64,000 bases of DNA from an uncultured virus (IMG/VR IMGVR_UViG_3300042507_002066) (taxonomy: Duplodnaviria; Heunggongvirae; Uroviricota; Caudoviricetes). The stretch lies in IMG/VR virus record IMGVR_UViG_3300042507_002066. The stretch is one strand, 5' to 3'. The notes below the pieces were generated by a model. That model worked only from the letters and a program-made list of their open reading frames with translations. It searched no databases and was not told where the DNA came from. Shown in pieces: positions 39,027 through 47,146 of the stretch; the first letter of the stretch is position 1, and every line of letters starts with the position of its first letter. The position numbers and the translations under genes are program-made.

Positions 39027-39631
39027 ACTTTCCTTATTGATCCGTCGTGCTTTACGTGATATGCCTCGAAGGAAATACCTGGATACTGTTTTGCGAGAGC
39101 CTTAAACATTGTAATGTTCGACATGGCATCGTCAAAGAAACGAACTCTCTCGTACTTACCGCCACGAAGATACTTATGGAAGACGAACCTCTTGTTCTTT
39201 GCAGATGATCCAAGTTTTAGATTTCCAGCTCTCTCAACATATACGTTATCAATATCTATACCATAACGACGGAATGTGTCAAGGAACTTTTTCTTATCGT
39301 CGAAATCGGATCGAGCAGTCACGATAATGACTCTAGACCCTGCAGCCGTGGCGTTCTTAATGATCGCCTTTGCTTTTTCGATCATCTTCATGATGGGGAC
39401 TGAAGTCTTCTGAAAGACTTCTGCGGACTCAAACTCCCCGAAGTTATAGGACTCGCCATCTTTCAATTTATAAGTATTAAATTCTTGATTATCGAGTGAA
39501 CGAACTAACTTGCCGTCCTTCATCACTCGTATCTTAGCAGAAGTGCGAAAGAGAGTCTCATCGATATCAAAGATCGTTAGACCTTTACCGCGAGTCTGTT
39601 CGGTTATGAAAGATTTAAATGAAAGCATCAT
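39023..39631 (-). CDS. HAD phosphatase (PNKP 3'-phosphatase-like) with CTS-like leader
   Basis: MLSFKSFITE; FDIDETLF, IVTARS, K, FFDD. Confidence 0.75.
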   Translation of the reverse strand: MMLSFKSFITEQTRGKGLTIFDIDETLFRTSAKIRVMKDGKLVRSLDNQEFNTYKLKDGESYNFGEFESAEVFQKTSVPIMKMIEKAKAIIKNATAAGSRVIIVTARSDFDDKKKFLDTFRRYGIDIDNVYVERAGNLKLGSSAKNKRFVFHKYLRGGKYERVRFFDDAMSNITMFKALAKQYPGISFEAYHVKHDGSIRKV

Positions 39632-40416
39632 TAAACTCCAAAAAGATCTTTTAATGTTTTTTCCATCACATCGAAATCTATGTTAACTGTTTTTCCCATC
39701 GTAGGTGCAATGTTAAACGGAGATCTTCGTGCTCTTGGTATTGAAAAACTCATTTCAAATGTAAATTGATATGTTCCGCCACCTTTTGCCTGCACTCTTG
39801 CCCTATAACCAGCGTTTGCGGCATTACCAAATGAAGGAACACCCTTTAATCCAAGCGGATTGTTATTTCCTAATAAAAAGAACCCATCAGTACCAACATT
39901 TACATAATAAGTCTTTTTCTTATTGTAGTATTCTTCTATCTTTGTTGCAGGTATAACACCTTTAATTTCTGAAAAACGAGAAAGCTCTTTTGAATATATT
40001 TCTCTTTTGTTTAGTCCTTCTATCTCAGACAAAACGTTTCTATTCTTCGTAAACTTATATGGTTCTTGCTTCCAAGAAGATTTGATTGTGTCAAGTATCC
40101 CAACTTGTTTAGCGAGTTCTATGACAAATAGTTTTTCGTCATTGGTTTCATTCTCACTACCTATCGACCAATTGCCATCGTTCCATTTCATGACTAACGA
40201 ACCTGCAGATGCCGCAGTGATCTTAAGTTCACACCCGGTTGCTGTCTGGCCAGGCCCAGGTCTTTTAATCATAAGATCTGGTATATCAGATCCAGCGCCA
40301 GCAGGAACAAAACTTTTTGGTACGATGTCAAATGGTTTTAACGCTTCAACAGCATTTCTTTCGTATTGAAAACCTTGTTGAGCCACTTCAATAATATACC
40401 TTCTAAAAGATTGCAT
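39631..40416 (-). CDS. PD-(D/E)xK nuclease-like protein with CTS-like leader
   Basis: MQSFRRYIIE; GFQYE...IPDL...GCELK. Confidence 0.6.
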   Translation of the reverse strand: MQSFRRYIIEVAQQGFQYERNAVEALKPFDIVPKSFVPAGAGSDIPDLMIKRPGPGQTATGCELKITAASAGSLVMKWNDGNWSIGSENETNDEKLFVIELAKQVGILDTIKSSWKQEPYKFTKNRNVLSEIEGLNKREIYSKELSRFSEIKGVIPATKIEEYYNKKKTYYVNVGTDGFFLLGNNNPLGLKGVPSFGNAANAGYRARVQAKGGGTYQFTFEMSFSIPRARRSPFNIAPTMGKTVNIDFDVMEKTLKDLFGV

Positions 40417-40438
40417 AGAAAACCTCTGAGTTTTCTTT

Positions 40439-40446
40439 TATTTATA
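40439..40446 (-). promoter_or_regulatory. T4-type late promoter
   Basis: Exact TATAAATA immediately after a terminator. Confidence 0.75.
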
Positions 40447-40453
40447 AAAGAAA

Positions 40454-40474
40454 GAAGAGGCTTTACGCCTCTTC
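40454..40474 (-). terminator. Intrinsic terminator of the uvsX-41 unit
   Basis: GAAGAGGC-GTAAA-GCCTCTTC followed by TTTCTTTT. Confidence 0.75.
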
Positions 40475-40657
40475 ATATACTGCATTTACTTTCGTAGTAA
40501 AGAACGTCGGAGTCCATCCATTGAACCCAGACCCAAGGTTCATTTTTCGACAGATATCCCTTGCTTTGGTTTCGTCGCAGCTAAGATGAATCAATGTACC
40601 GGTATCTTTTTCAAGAATATCGTAACCGTCTTCTTGTTTCTTTACGCTATAGCTCAT
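40463..40657 (-). CDS. Conserved small protein downstream of gene 41
   Basis: MNLGSGFNGWTPTFF motif. Confidence 0.65.
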   Translation of the reverse strand: MSYSVKKQEDGYDILEKDTGTLIHLSCDETKARDICRKMNLGSGFNGWTPTFFTTKVNAVYEEA

Positions 40658-42111
40658 TTCAGATCTCCTACTTCAAATAACGACTTTTTGCCCTTAGGTT
40701 TAATATCCCACTGCTGATTGAAAGCACCCTTATCAAAGACAGAGGAGTCTTCATCATCACTCGTAAATTTAGTCTCACCACGTTTATTCGTTCGGTCATC
40801 CTGCGGTTCTTTAAACAGAGTTTTCTGAGCAGACTCTTCAGCATCGAACAGTTTCATCTTTGCACGGTCGATCCCAACGATAAATCTTCGATACTGACCA
40901 AGATCACCCCAACGGTTTTTAAGCTGTTTGAATATGATCTGGCGACGGTCTGACAATTCTTCGGATGTAACTAGGCCGAAGATTGCATCTGCAGTATGAG
41001 TAATACCCATGGACTCTGAAGTATTCGATAGTTCAACGTCAGAACTATCATACGCTCCGCGATTGAACTGCGAAGAAGTTACGATAGCTAAATTAAACTC
41101 CATCGCAAGACCACGAACTTCTTCTGCGATAGATTTTACGAGAGTATAGGAGTTTGCTTGCGCAGCTCCCTTTACTCTTGAAGACGAACAGATATTCAGA
41201 TAGTCCAAGAAGATAATATCTGGTGTAAAGTTCTTCTTCAGGCGCAACTCATTCAGTAGGTGACGGAAATGACCGGAGTGAGCAGACCCAGTCGGATATT
41301 CCTTAATGATAAGTTTACCTGGAGTCTTGCGTTTAAAGATAGCCATCTTCTTTTCAAAAACATCGAGAGGAAGCTCTCGAACTTCATCAAGAGTTATGTC
41401 CATGATGTTTGCGTCGATCCTTCTCGCAACTTCTTCTTCGGCAAGTTCCATTGTAATATACAGAACGTTCTTTCCGAACATAAGACTCGAAGCAGCCATG
41501 TGACACTTAACGAGAGACTTACCACCACCGGTAGTCGCAAGCAGGACAGTCATAGACTTACGAGGAAGACCGCCCTTTGTTACTTTATTCAGAAGTTCAA
41601 TATCAAACGCGATGCGTTCATCTTTACGATGATAGTAGCTGTGTCGAGACTCAACATCTTCAAGGAAGTCATGACCGATATGAGAGTCAAAGCCGATGCC
41701 AAGGGAGTCCGAAAGTATCTTTGGAATTGCTCCCTTGTCAAGTTCTTTATCCTGCCCGTCAAGAATAAGGATTGCTCTACGAATTGAGTTATAGAGATCC
41801 TTATCCTGACAGAACTTTTCCGTTTCATTGATAAGAAAGTGTTCGTTCGTATCCTTATCAACTTTCAATTCGTCAATAAGAGTCACCACTTCTTTATATG
41901 AAGACTCGTTAAGATCCTTACGTTTATCGATAGAGATCTTAAGAGCCTCAATAGATGGCGGCTCTTTGTATTCATTCATATAATCGGTATAAGTTGAAAA
42001 GATCTTACGAAGACTATTGTCGTCGAAGTATTCCTCTTTAATATAAGGAAACACTTTACGGCAATAGTCTTCGTTATAGATCAAATTCGACAGGATTGCC
42101 TTTTCGATCAT
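40654..42111 (-). CDS. 41: T4 gp41-like replicative helicase
   Basis: ATTGGGKS, YITMELAEE, IKEYPTG, LDYLNIC, IAEEVRGLA, KQLKNRW. Confidence 0.95.
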   Translation of the reverse strand: MIEKAILSNLIYNEDYCRKVFPYIKEEYFDDNSLRKIFSTYTDYMNEYKEPPSIEALKISIDKRKDLNESSYKEVVTLIDELKVDKDTNEHFLINETEKFCQDKDLYNSIRRAILILDGQDKELDKGAIPKILSDSLGIGFDSHIGHDFLEDVESRHSYYHRKDERIAFDIELLNKVTKGGLPRKSMTVLLATTGGGKSLVKCHMAASSLMFGKNVLYITMELAEEEVARRIDANIMDITLDEVRELPLDVFEKKMAIFKRKTPGKLIIKEYPTGSAHSGHFRHLLNELRLKKNFTPDIIFLDYLNICSSSRVKGAAQANSYTLVKSIAEEVRGLAMEFNLAIVTSSQFNRGAYDSSDVELSNTSESMGITHTADAIFGLVTSEELSDRRQIIFKQLKNRWGDLGQYRRFIVGIDRAKMKLFDAEESAQKTLFKEPQDDRTNKRGETKFTSDDEDSSVFDKGAFNQQWDIKPKGKKSLFEVGDLK

Positions 42112-43193
42112 TCATCACCTTCTTCTGAGTCGTCATCAACGTATGTAACTTCACTATCGTCATCCCTTAGAATAATACTTCCGCCTACGGTGTAAGCGTT
42201 CTTAATGTACTCTCCAAAGTTTGTCTCTGTAAACATTTTATTCCAAAATTCTTTACTGTCAACAATTTCTTTTGCTCGAAGAAGCTTTTCGCTGATAATT
42301 TCTCCAGTGTCTGGGTTCACAGCCTCGTGCCAACCGACCTTAGGCTTGCGAATGAAACCACCTTTTTCGGCAACCTCAAGAAGACCGGACCACTTTGCGA
42401 TGCCACCCTCCCAGCTTACGCTAATCGGAATCTTAGACTTTTCTTTGACGTGGCGAGATTTCTCAATGTTGATAACAAAGTGATAACCCTGGATCTCAGT
42501 ACCAACCTTATCCTGTTGACGACCAATGATCCAAATAGCATCTGCCGAATAGTAGATACCAGTACCACCAGAAACGATGTCCTTAGGAAAGAGACCGATT
42601 TCTTTATACGTATGGTTAACCGCAATCAAAGGAATATCCTTCAGATTGAGATGTGGAGTCACGATACGGAACAACGACTTAAGAGCCTTTGCACGAGACA
42701 TATCAGCAACGGACTTACCGTCAAGGGCGTCTTCGACTTCTTTCTTCGATGCAAGGTTTCCGACAGAGTCGATAATGATAATGACGTTATCTTTCTTTTC
42801 GATCTTATCGAGCTGCTGAGAGATATCGAATTTAAGTTCTTCCACGTTCGTGATAGGAGTATGAACAGTCCTACCCATATCAATACCAAAGGATTCAAAA
42901 TACGATTGTGGAGTACCAAATTCCGAGTCATAGAACAACAGGATTGCGTCCTTATTTCTCTCAAGATAAGCTGCAGCCATCAGAAGTGCGAACGCAGACT
43001 TAAAGTGTTTTGATGGACCTGCAAGGACGAGCAGACCAGGTGCTACACCACCATCGATACGACCAGACAGAGCTACGTTAACCATAGGAACTGGAGTCGG
43101 AGCCATGTCTTTCTTACCATAGACTTTCGACTCCATGATCGGAGCAGTCAACTTAATGGTACTATTCTTTACGAGTTTATCCAACAGACTCAT
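42108..43193 (-). CDS. uvsX: UvsX RecA-like recombinase
   Basis: AGPSKHFKS, YDSEFG, GNLASKKE, NHTY, SGGTGIYYSAD. Confidence 0.95.
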   Translation of the reverse strand: MSLLDKLVKNSTIKLTAPIMESKVYGKKDMAPTPVPMVNVALSGRIDGGVAPGLLVLAGPSKHFKSAFALLMAAAYLERNKDAILLFYDSEFGTPQSYFESFGIDMGRTVHTPITNVEELKFDISQQLDKIEKKDNVIIIIDSVGNLASKKEVEDALDGKSVADMSRAKALKSLFRIVTPHLNLKDIPLIAVNHTYKEIGLFPKDIVSGGTGIYYSADAIWIIGRQQDKVGTEIQGYHFVINIEKSRHVKEKSKIPISVSWEGGIAKWSGLLEVAEKGGFIRKPKVGWHEAVNPDTGEIISEKLLRAKEIVDSKEFWNKMFTETNFGEYIKNAYTVGGSIILRDDDSEVTYVDDDSEEGDE

Positions 43194-43194
43194 A

Positions 43195-43482
43195 CTATCT
43201 TCCTTCTATAATTGAGAGTAGCTTATCTTTATAGGCCTCAATCTTCTTTACACGATCCGGCCAATAAATTGTTGATTTCTCTGGATTTCTGCAGAGATTA
43301 TCTAAGAACGGAACTATCGAATTGTATAGTCTGTTCAATCTTTCTTGAAGATCCTCGATTGCAGCTTGGTCGTTTGCGTGAGCAGACTCAAGTTTAATCG
43401 CAGTCTCTTTTACTTCTTCGATTTCGTCGTCTATGAAACTAAATCCAAAATCAAAGTCTATGATTTCTTTATTCTTTGTCAT
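43195..43482 (-). CDS. Conserved hypothetical protein
   Basis: DFDFGFS and PFLDNLCRNPEKSTIYWPDR motifs. Confidence 0.65.
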   Translation of the reverse strand: MTKNKEIIDFDFGFSFIDDEIEEVKETAIKLESAHANDQAAIEDLQERLNRLYNSIVPFLDNLCRNPEKSTIYWPDRVKKIEAYKDKLLSIIEGR

Positions 43483-43504
43483 GTGAATCACCTCTTTAAG
43501 TGGA

Positions 43505-43524
43505 AGAGGAGCCGAAGCTCCTCT
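43505..43524 (-). terminator. UUCG-tetraloop hairpin after gene 32
   Basis: AGAGGAGC-TTCG-GCTCCTCT. Confidence 0.7.
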
Positions 43525-43527
43525 CTA

Positions 43528-44451
43528 TTATGACTTAATAAGGCTTCTGAACTTGGCGAGATCTTCATCATCGTCATCGTCAACGCTATCCATTGACGAC
43601 TGAGACTGTTTCATTTCTTGCTGAGATTCGCTCTTTGAGAAACGACTCATGTCAAGATCTTCATCAACTTCGTCTTCAGCTTTGCGATTACCGTCAACCT
43701 GGTCACCAGTAAGGTTCAGTACACGATAAAGCTTTGCCTTCAACTCTGCGTAAGGTTTGAAGTGTTTAGGATCGACGATTTCTTGCAGAGAATGTTCTGA
43801 TTTCCAAACGTTTTCCAACTTAGAGTCATCTTCGAACAGAGGCTCAGACGAGTCGAATTCAGACTTATCATAGTTCGCGTAACCTTCGAACTGACGGATC
43901 TTAAGACGGAAGTTTGCACCTTCCCAAAGATCGAACGGGTTAACCGGCTTTTCATCTTCGAATTGCGGGTTCATCAAGTCGTTCAACTTGTCGAAGATCT
44001 TTTTGCCGAACTTGAAAAGGAAAACCTTTCCATCATTGTCGGGATTGGCGCTATCCTTAATCACGTACACGTTAGCGATGTAGTGAAGACGACGCTTCTG
44101 TTTGCGAGCCTGTTCTTTGTCTGCTTCAACACCGGAATTCCACAGCTTAGAATTCAATTCTGAGACTGGGTCGTCTTTGTTGATTGTGGTTAAGGAATTT
44201 TCGATATACCAAAGACCAGTCGGACCTTGGAAACCATGATCCCACAAACGAACGAATGGCATATCTTCTCCGTTTGGTGCAGGAAGAAAGCGAATGATCG
44301 CAAAGCCGTTTCCAGCTTTATCTCGCGATGGTTTCCAAAACTTGCCTTCGTTGGGATCGGTGTAGCTCTTCTGTGCAATCTGCGAGAGCTGAGAGTTCAA
44401 TTTGTCGAGTGACTTTGAACGATTATTTTTGAGTGTAGCAAAATCTACCAT
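43528..44451 (-). CDS. 32: T4 gp32-like ssDNA-binding protein
   Basis: DKAGNGFAIIRFLP, WYIENSLTT, GKKIFDK, NPFDLWEGANF; acidic tail. Confidence 0.95.
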   Translation of the reverse strand: MVDFATLKNNRSKSLDKLNSQLSQIAQKSYTDPNEGKFWKPSRDKAGNGFAIIRFLPAPNGEDMPFVRLWDHGFQGPTGLWYIENSLTTINKDDPVSELNSKLWNSGVEADKEQARKQKRRLHYIANVYVIKDSANPDNDGKVFLFKFGKKIFDKLNDLMNPQFEDEKPVNPFDLWEGANFRLKIRQFEGYANYDKSEFDSSEPLFEDDSKLENVWKSEHSLQEIVDPKHFKPYAELKAKLYRVLNLTGDQVDGNRKAEDEVDEDLDMSRFSKSESQQEMKQSQSSMDSVDDDDDEDLAKFRSLIKS

Positions 44452-44520
44452 CGGTGTATCTCCTTGTATGCGATGTATGACAATGTATTGCAATTTTATG
44501 ACGGATCAACCATCACAATA

Positions 44521-45126
44521 CTATTTATCTTCGAAAAACTGTTCTTTCACAATCTTCGAAAATTTTTTTTGATCCACTTCCATGAATGGATAATATTTCT
44601 TGGATAACCTTATTATATCGCGCGCGATGAATTTGTCAACTATTTCTTTTTCCCATAGGTCATAAACGTTTGATATGCGGGCTAAAATAGAAAACGTCTC
44701 GAGCGATATTTCTTTACGTAGGTATAGAGTCATAACGTATGGATGCTGACCATCTTTCACTACGAAGTTGTCGTGATAGTTCTCTTTAAGTTTCTTGATG
44801 TCGTTCTTGAACATATACGTAAGAGACTCTACTCTCTTTTCCCATTCGACGAATATGTTCTCACCTGTTTCATCTACGATATCGCGGATCCATACCTTTT
44901 GATTATGGATAATGTTCGCGAGTAGAATCTTAGTAGGATCGTTTCTCTTTGACAGTTTGTAAAAGAAAAACGCGTCGTTTCGTGTCTGAAATTTATCAAA
45001 GGACGCGCGCACTTTACCATTATACTTATGATAATCGTAGCTATCGCTTTCAAAGTGTTTCTTCAATGCCAAGTAGTTGACATAGACACGAAACGACTCC
45101 TCATTAGCATAATTTAACGAGACCAT
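44521..45126 (-). CDS. 59: gp59-like helicase loader
   Basis: YLALKKHF...YDYHKYNGK, ISLET; synteny with genes 32 and 33. Confidence 0.85.
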   Translation of the reverse strand: MVSLNYANEESFRVYVNYLALKKHFESDSYDYHKYNGKVRASFDKFQTRNDAFFFYKLSKRNDPTKILLANIIHNQKVWIRDIVDETGENIFVEWEKRVESLTYMFKNDIKKLKENYHDNFVVKDGQHPYVMTLYLRKEISLETFSILARISNVYDLWEKEIVDKFIARDIIRLSKKYYPFMEVDQKKFSKIVKEQFFEDK

Positions 45127-45337
45127 TCTCTTCCTTCTTCACCATTCTTACAGCAACCGCTTCTTCACGAATTTTTTCCTTGAGTATCGAAGATTTCTTA
45201 ACGATCTCTGCGACTGTTTCAATCTCAAGGTCATTTTCTTTCGCGTATTCTACTAGCGCATCGATATATGTAGCGCCGTTCGAAAGCTTGGAGGCGATTT
45301 CCATATGTATCTTTTCTGCTGTTCTTGTGACAATCAT
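45104..45337 (-). CDS. 33: gp33-like late transcription coactivator
   Basis: YIDALVEYAKENDLEIE...LKEKIREEA; synteny. Confidence 0.8.
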   Translation of the reverse strand: MIVTRTAEKIHMEIASKLSNGATYIDALVEYAKENDLEIETVAEIVKKSSILKEKIREEAVAVRMVKKEENGLVKLC

Positions 45338-45553
45338 TTAACTTTTCAATACCTTTATATTATCTAACCAGCTGGAAACAGCTGCTCGAGTTCTTTCTAC
45401 TTGCTTTTCCTCGAAGATACGAGTTTCGATCAACTGATCGTTCTTGTAGTAATCAACTCGATGGTTGTCAGAGTCTTCATAGATCTTTGCGGAATACATG
45501 ATCCCGTGATTTTCGCGAATGATTAATTCGACTAATTTACTATCCATATGCAA
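45338..45553 (-). CDS. Hypothetical protein
   Basis: 71-aa ORF. Confidence 0.55.
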   Translation of the reverse strand: MHMDSKLVELIIRENHGIMYSAKIYEDSDNHRVDYYKNDQLIETRIFEEKQVERTRAAVSSWLDNIKVLKS

Positions 45554-45626
45554 TCCCTTACTTTACTAAAAACCCAATTCTCGAAACATCTAAAAAGCCG
45601 TCTCCATCGTCACGGCTTTCGATATA

Positions 45627-45655
45627 AGTATAACCCATTTTTCTATAAATGTCAA
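45627..45655 (-). promoter_or_regulatory. Sigma70-type promoter
   Basis: TTGACA-17-TATACT. Confidence 0.7.
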
Positions 45656-45675
45656 CTACTTTTATATCATCCAAG

Positions 45676-46350
45676 CTAGATCTCCTCGAATAAAACACTA
45701 TCTATGTAGTTGTTTTTATCGTTTTCAGAGATACCCATCGAGAGTATTGATCTGTGAAGATGCGGATTTAGCTTTTGGTTCCTACAGTATTGATTGTGTC
45801 TCTCAGTGATCTTTATTGGATTCGTGACGTAAAGATTGCTCTTCATATTCGTTACATAGTATTCAACGAGATGAAGGCAGGTCTTTGAGAGTTGATCGAT
45901 CTCTTCCTCAGATTTTAAATTACCTGCCGCGATCATTGAAGTTGAGAAGATACTCTGAGCCCAGTCAGGAAGATCACGAGGTTTAGACCATGAAAGATCC
46001 TTCGCCGTGTCTCTCATATAACTCAGGTATGGGTGTTCTGGAGTTTCGTCCGTAGTTGGAGAGAAGTCAAAGAACGATCCGGTGATCTTACTTGGGCCTG
46101 CCACGATGTCGAAACCAAGGATTGGAAAGTTAAAATGCTCGTGCGGAAATATATTCACATGCATAAGCCAGAGTTTTTGTGACTCTCTATTGTCAATCGT
46201 CTTTAAGTGACACTTTCGAACATACTTGGAACTCCAGATATTATCTTTCCATCCATCGAATAGTTCTAGGCTAGAGTTCCTACTATAGTGATCGTCAAAG
46301 ATACTTTCAATCTTCTTTGACAGTTGAATCAGCGGGGTCCATACCTCCAA
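45676..46350 (-). CDS. pcyX: Ferredoxin-dependent bilin reductase, PcyX-like
   Basis: LWLMHVNIFP, PILGFDIVAG, FDFSP, RDLPDWAQSIFS, YCRNQKLNPH; follows a heme oxygenase. Confidence 0.8.
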   Translation of the reverse strand: MEVWTPLIQLSKKIESIFDDHYSRNSSLELFDGWKDNIWSSKYVRKCHLKTIDNRESQKLWLMHVNIFPHEHFNFPILGFDIVAGPSKITGSFFDFSPTTDETPEHPYLSYMRDTAKDLSWSKPRDLPDWAQSIFSTSMIAAGNLKSEEEIDQLSKTCLHLVEYYVTNMKSNLYVTNPIKITERHNQYCRNQKLNPHLHRSILSMGISENDKNNYIDSVLFEEI

Positions 46351-46900
46351 AGTAATCCTCCAATTCTTCTAGAAATTTCTGAACCATGCTAAAGCATACT
46401 TTAGCTTCTTTCTCTAAACCGTCGTGTAGATTGTTTCGAATAAGAGTCTTTAATTCATCGACATCTCTTTCGAACTCGTAGAAGTTAGTTGGTCCTGGTA
46501 CTAGCTTCTTTATCATCTGGCCACCGGAAAGGTCTCCCATGTGTCTAACATACATATGTGCAAGAAGCTTGTCTTTATCTTCTTTAATCTTATGAATGTA
46601 TTCTACATAAGCAGTTGCGGCGGGTAGAGTAGGGGCAGTTTTTAACGAGATCTCGGACTCTGACTCCATGATCGTAATATCTTCGAGGATAGCAGCCGAC
46701 CTTAATATGCCGAAGATATCCTCTCCGAAGATTCCTACTTCTGTCGCATAATACTCTAGAGTAACGTACATAAGTAACTGATTCTTCAAGTACGTGTAAT
46801 ACTGATAAGGTGTAAGTTTTTTCTTTAACATTCTATTCATAAAAGCAGTTCGTTCTGCTCTTCTGTGCTCTTCTTTCGTGAGCTCTCTCAAATTGTTCAT
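46307..46900 (-). CDS. hemO: Heme oxygenase
   Basis: LRELTKEEHRRAE, AHMYVRHMGDLSGGQMI, EAKVCF. Confidence 0.92.
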   Translation of the reverse strand: MNNLRELTKEEHRRAERTAFMNRMLKKKLTPYQYYTYLKNQLLMYVTLEYYATEVGIFGEDIFGILRSAAILEDITIMESESEISLKTAPTLPAATAYVEYIHKIKEDKDKLLAHMYVRHMGDLSGGQMIKKLVPGPTNFYEFERDVDELKTLIRNNLHDGLEKEAKVCFSMVQKFLEELEDYFGGMDPADSTVKED

Positions 46901-47109
46901 GGCTTACAAATATTTCCTTTACTCGTTATTGCATCAATACCAATCTTACTGAATTCTTCAAAGTTCTTAGTTACTATTTTACTCAGTTCTGTCTGTTTGT
47001 CAATAAAATTCAGCAGCCCAGCCTTGATTTTTTCATCAGAGACAGTTGATCTTACGAACTGTCTCTTTGTTTCTTGAACGAAGTCTATAAAGTAATTTAC
47101 GTTTAGCAT
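46897..47109 (-). CDS. Small amphipathic helical (phasin-like) protein
   Basis: FIDFVQETKRQFV...FIDKQT pattern. Confidence 0.45.
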   Translation of the reverse strand: MLNVNYFIDFVQETKRQFVRSTVSDEKIKAGLLNFIDKQTELSKIVTKNFEEFSKIGIDAITSKGNICKP

Positions 47110-47146
47110 TTTTGAAATCCTTTGTGGTGTGATATAATATTTATCA

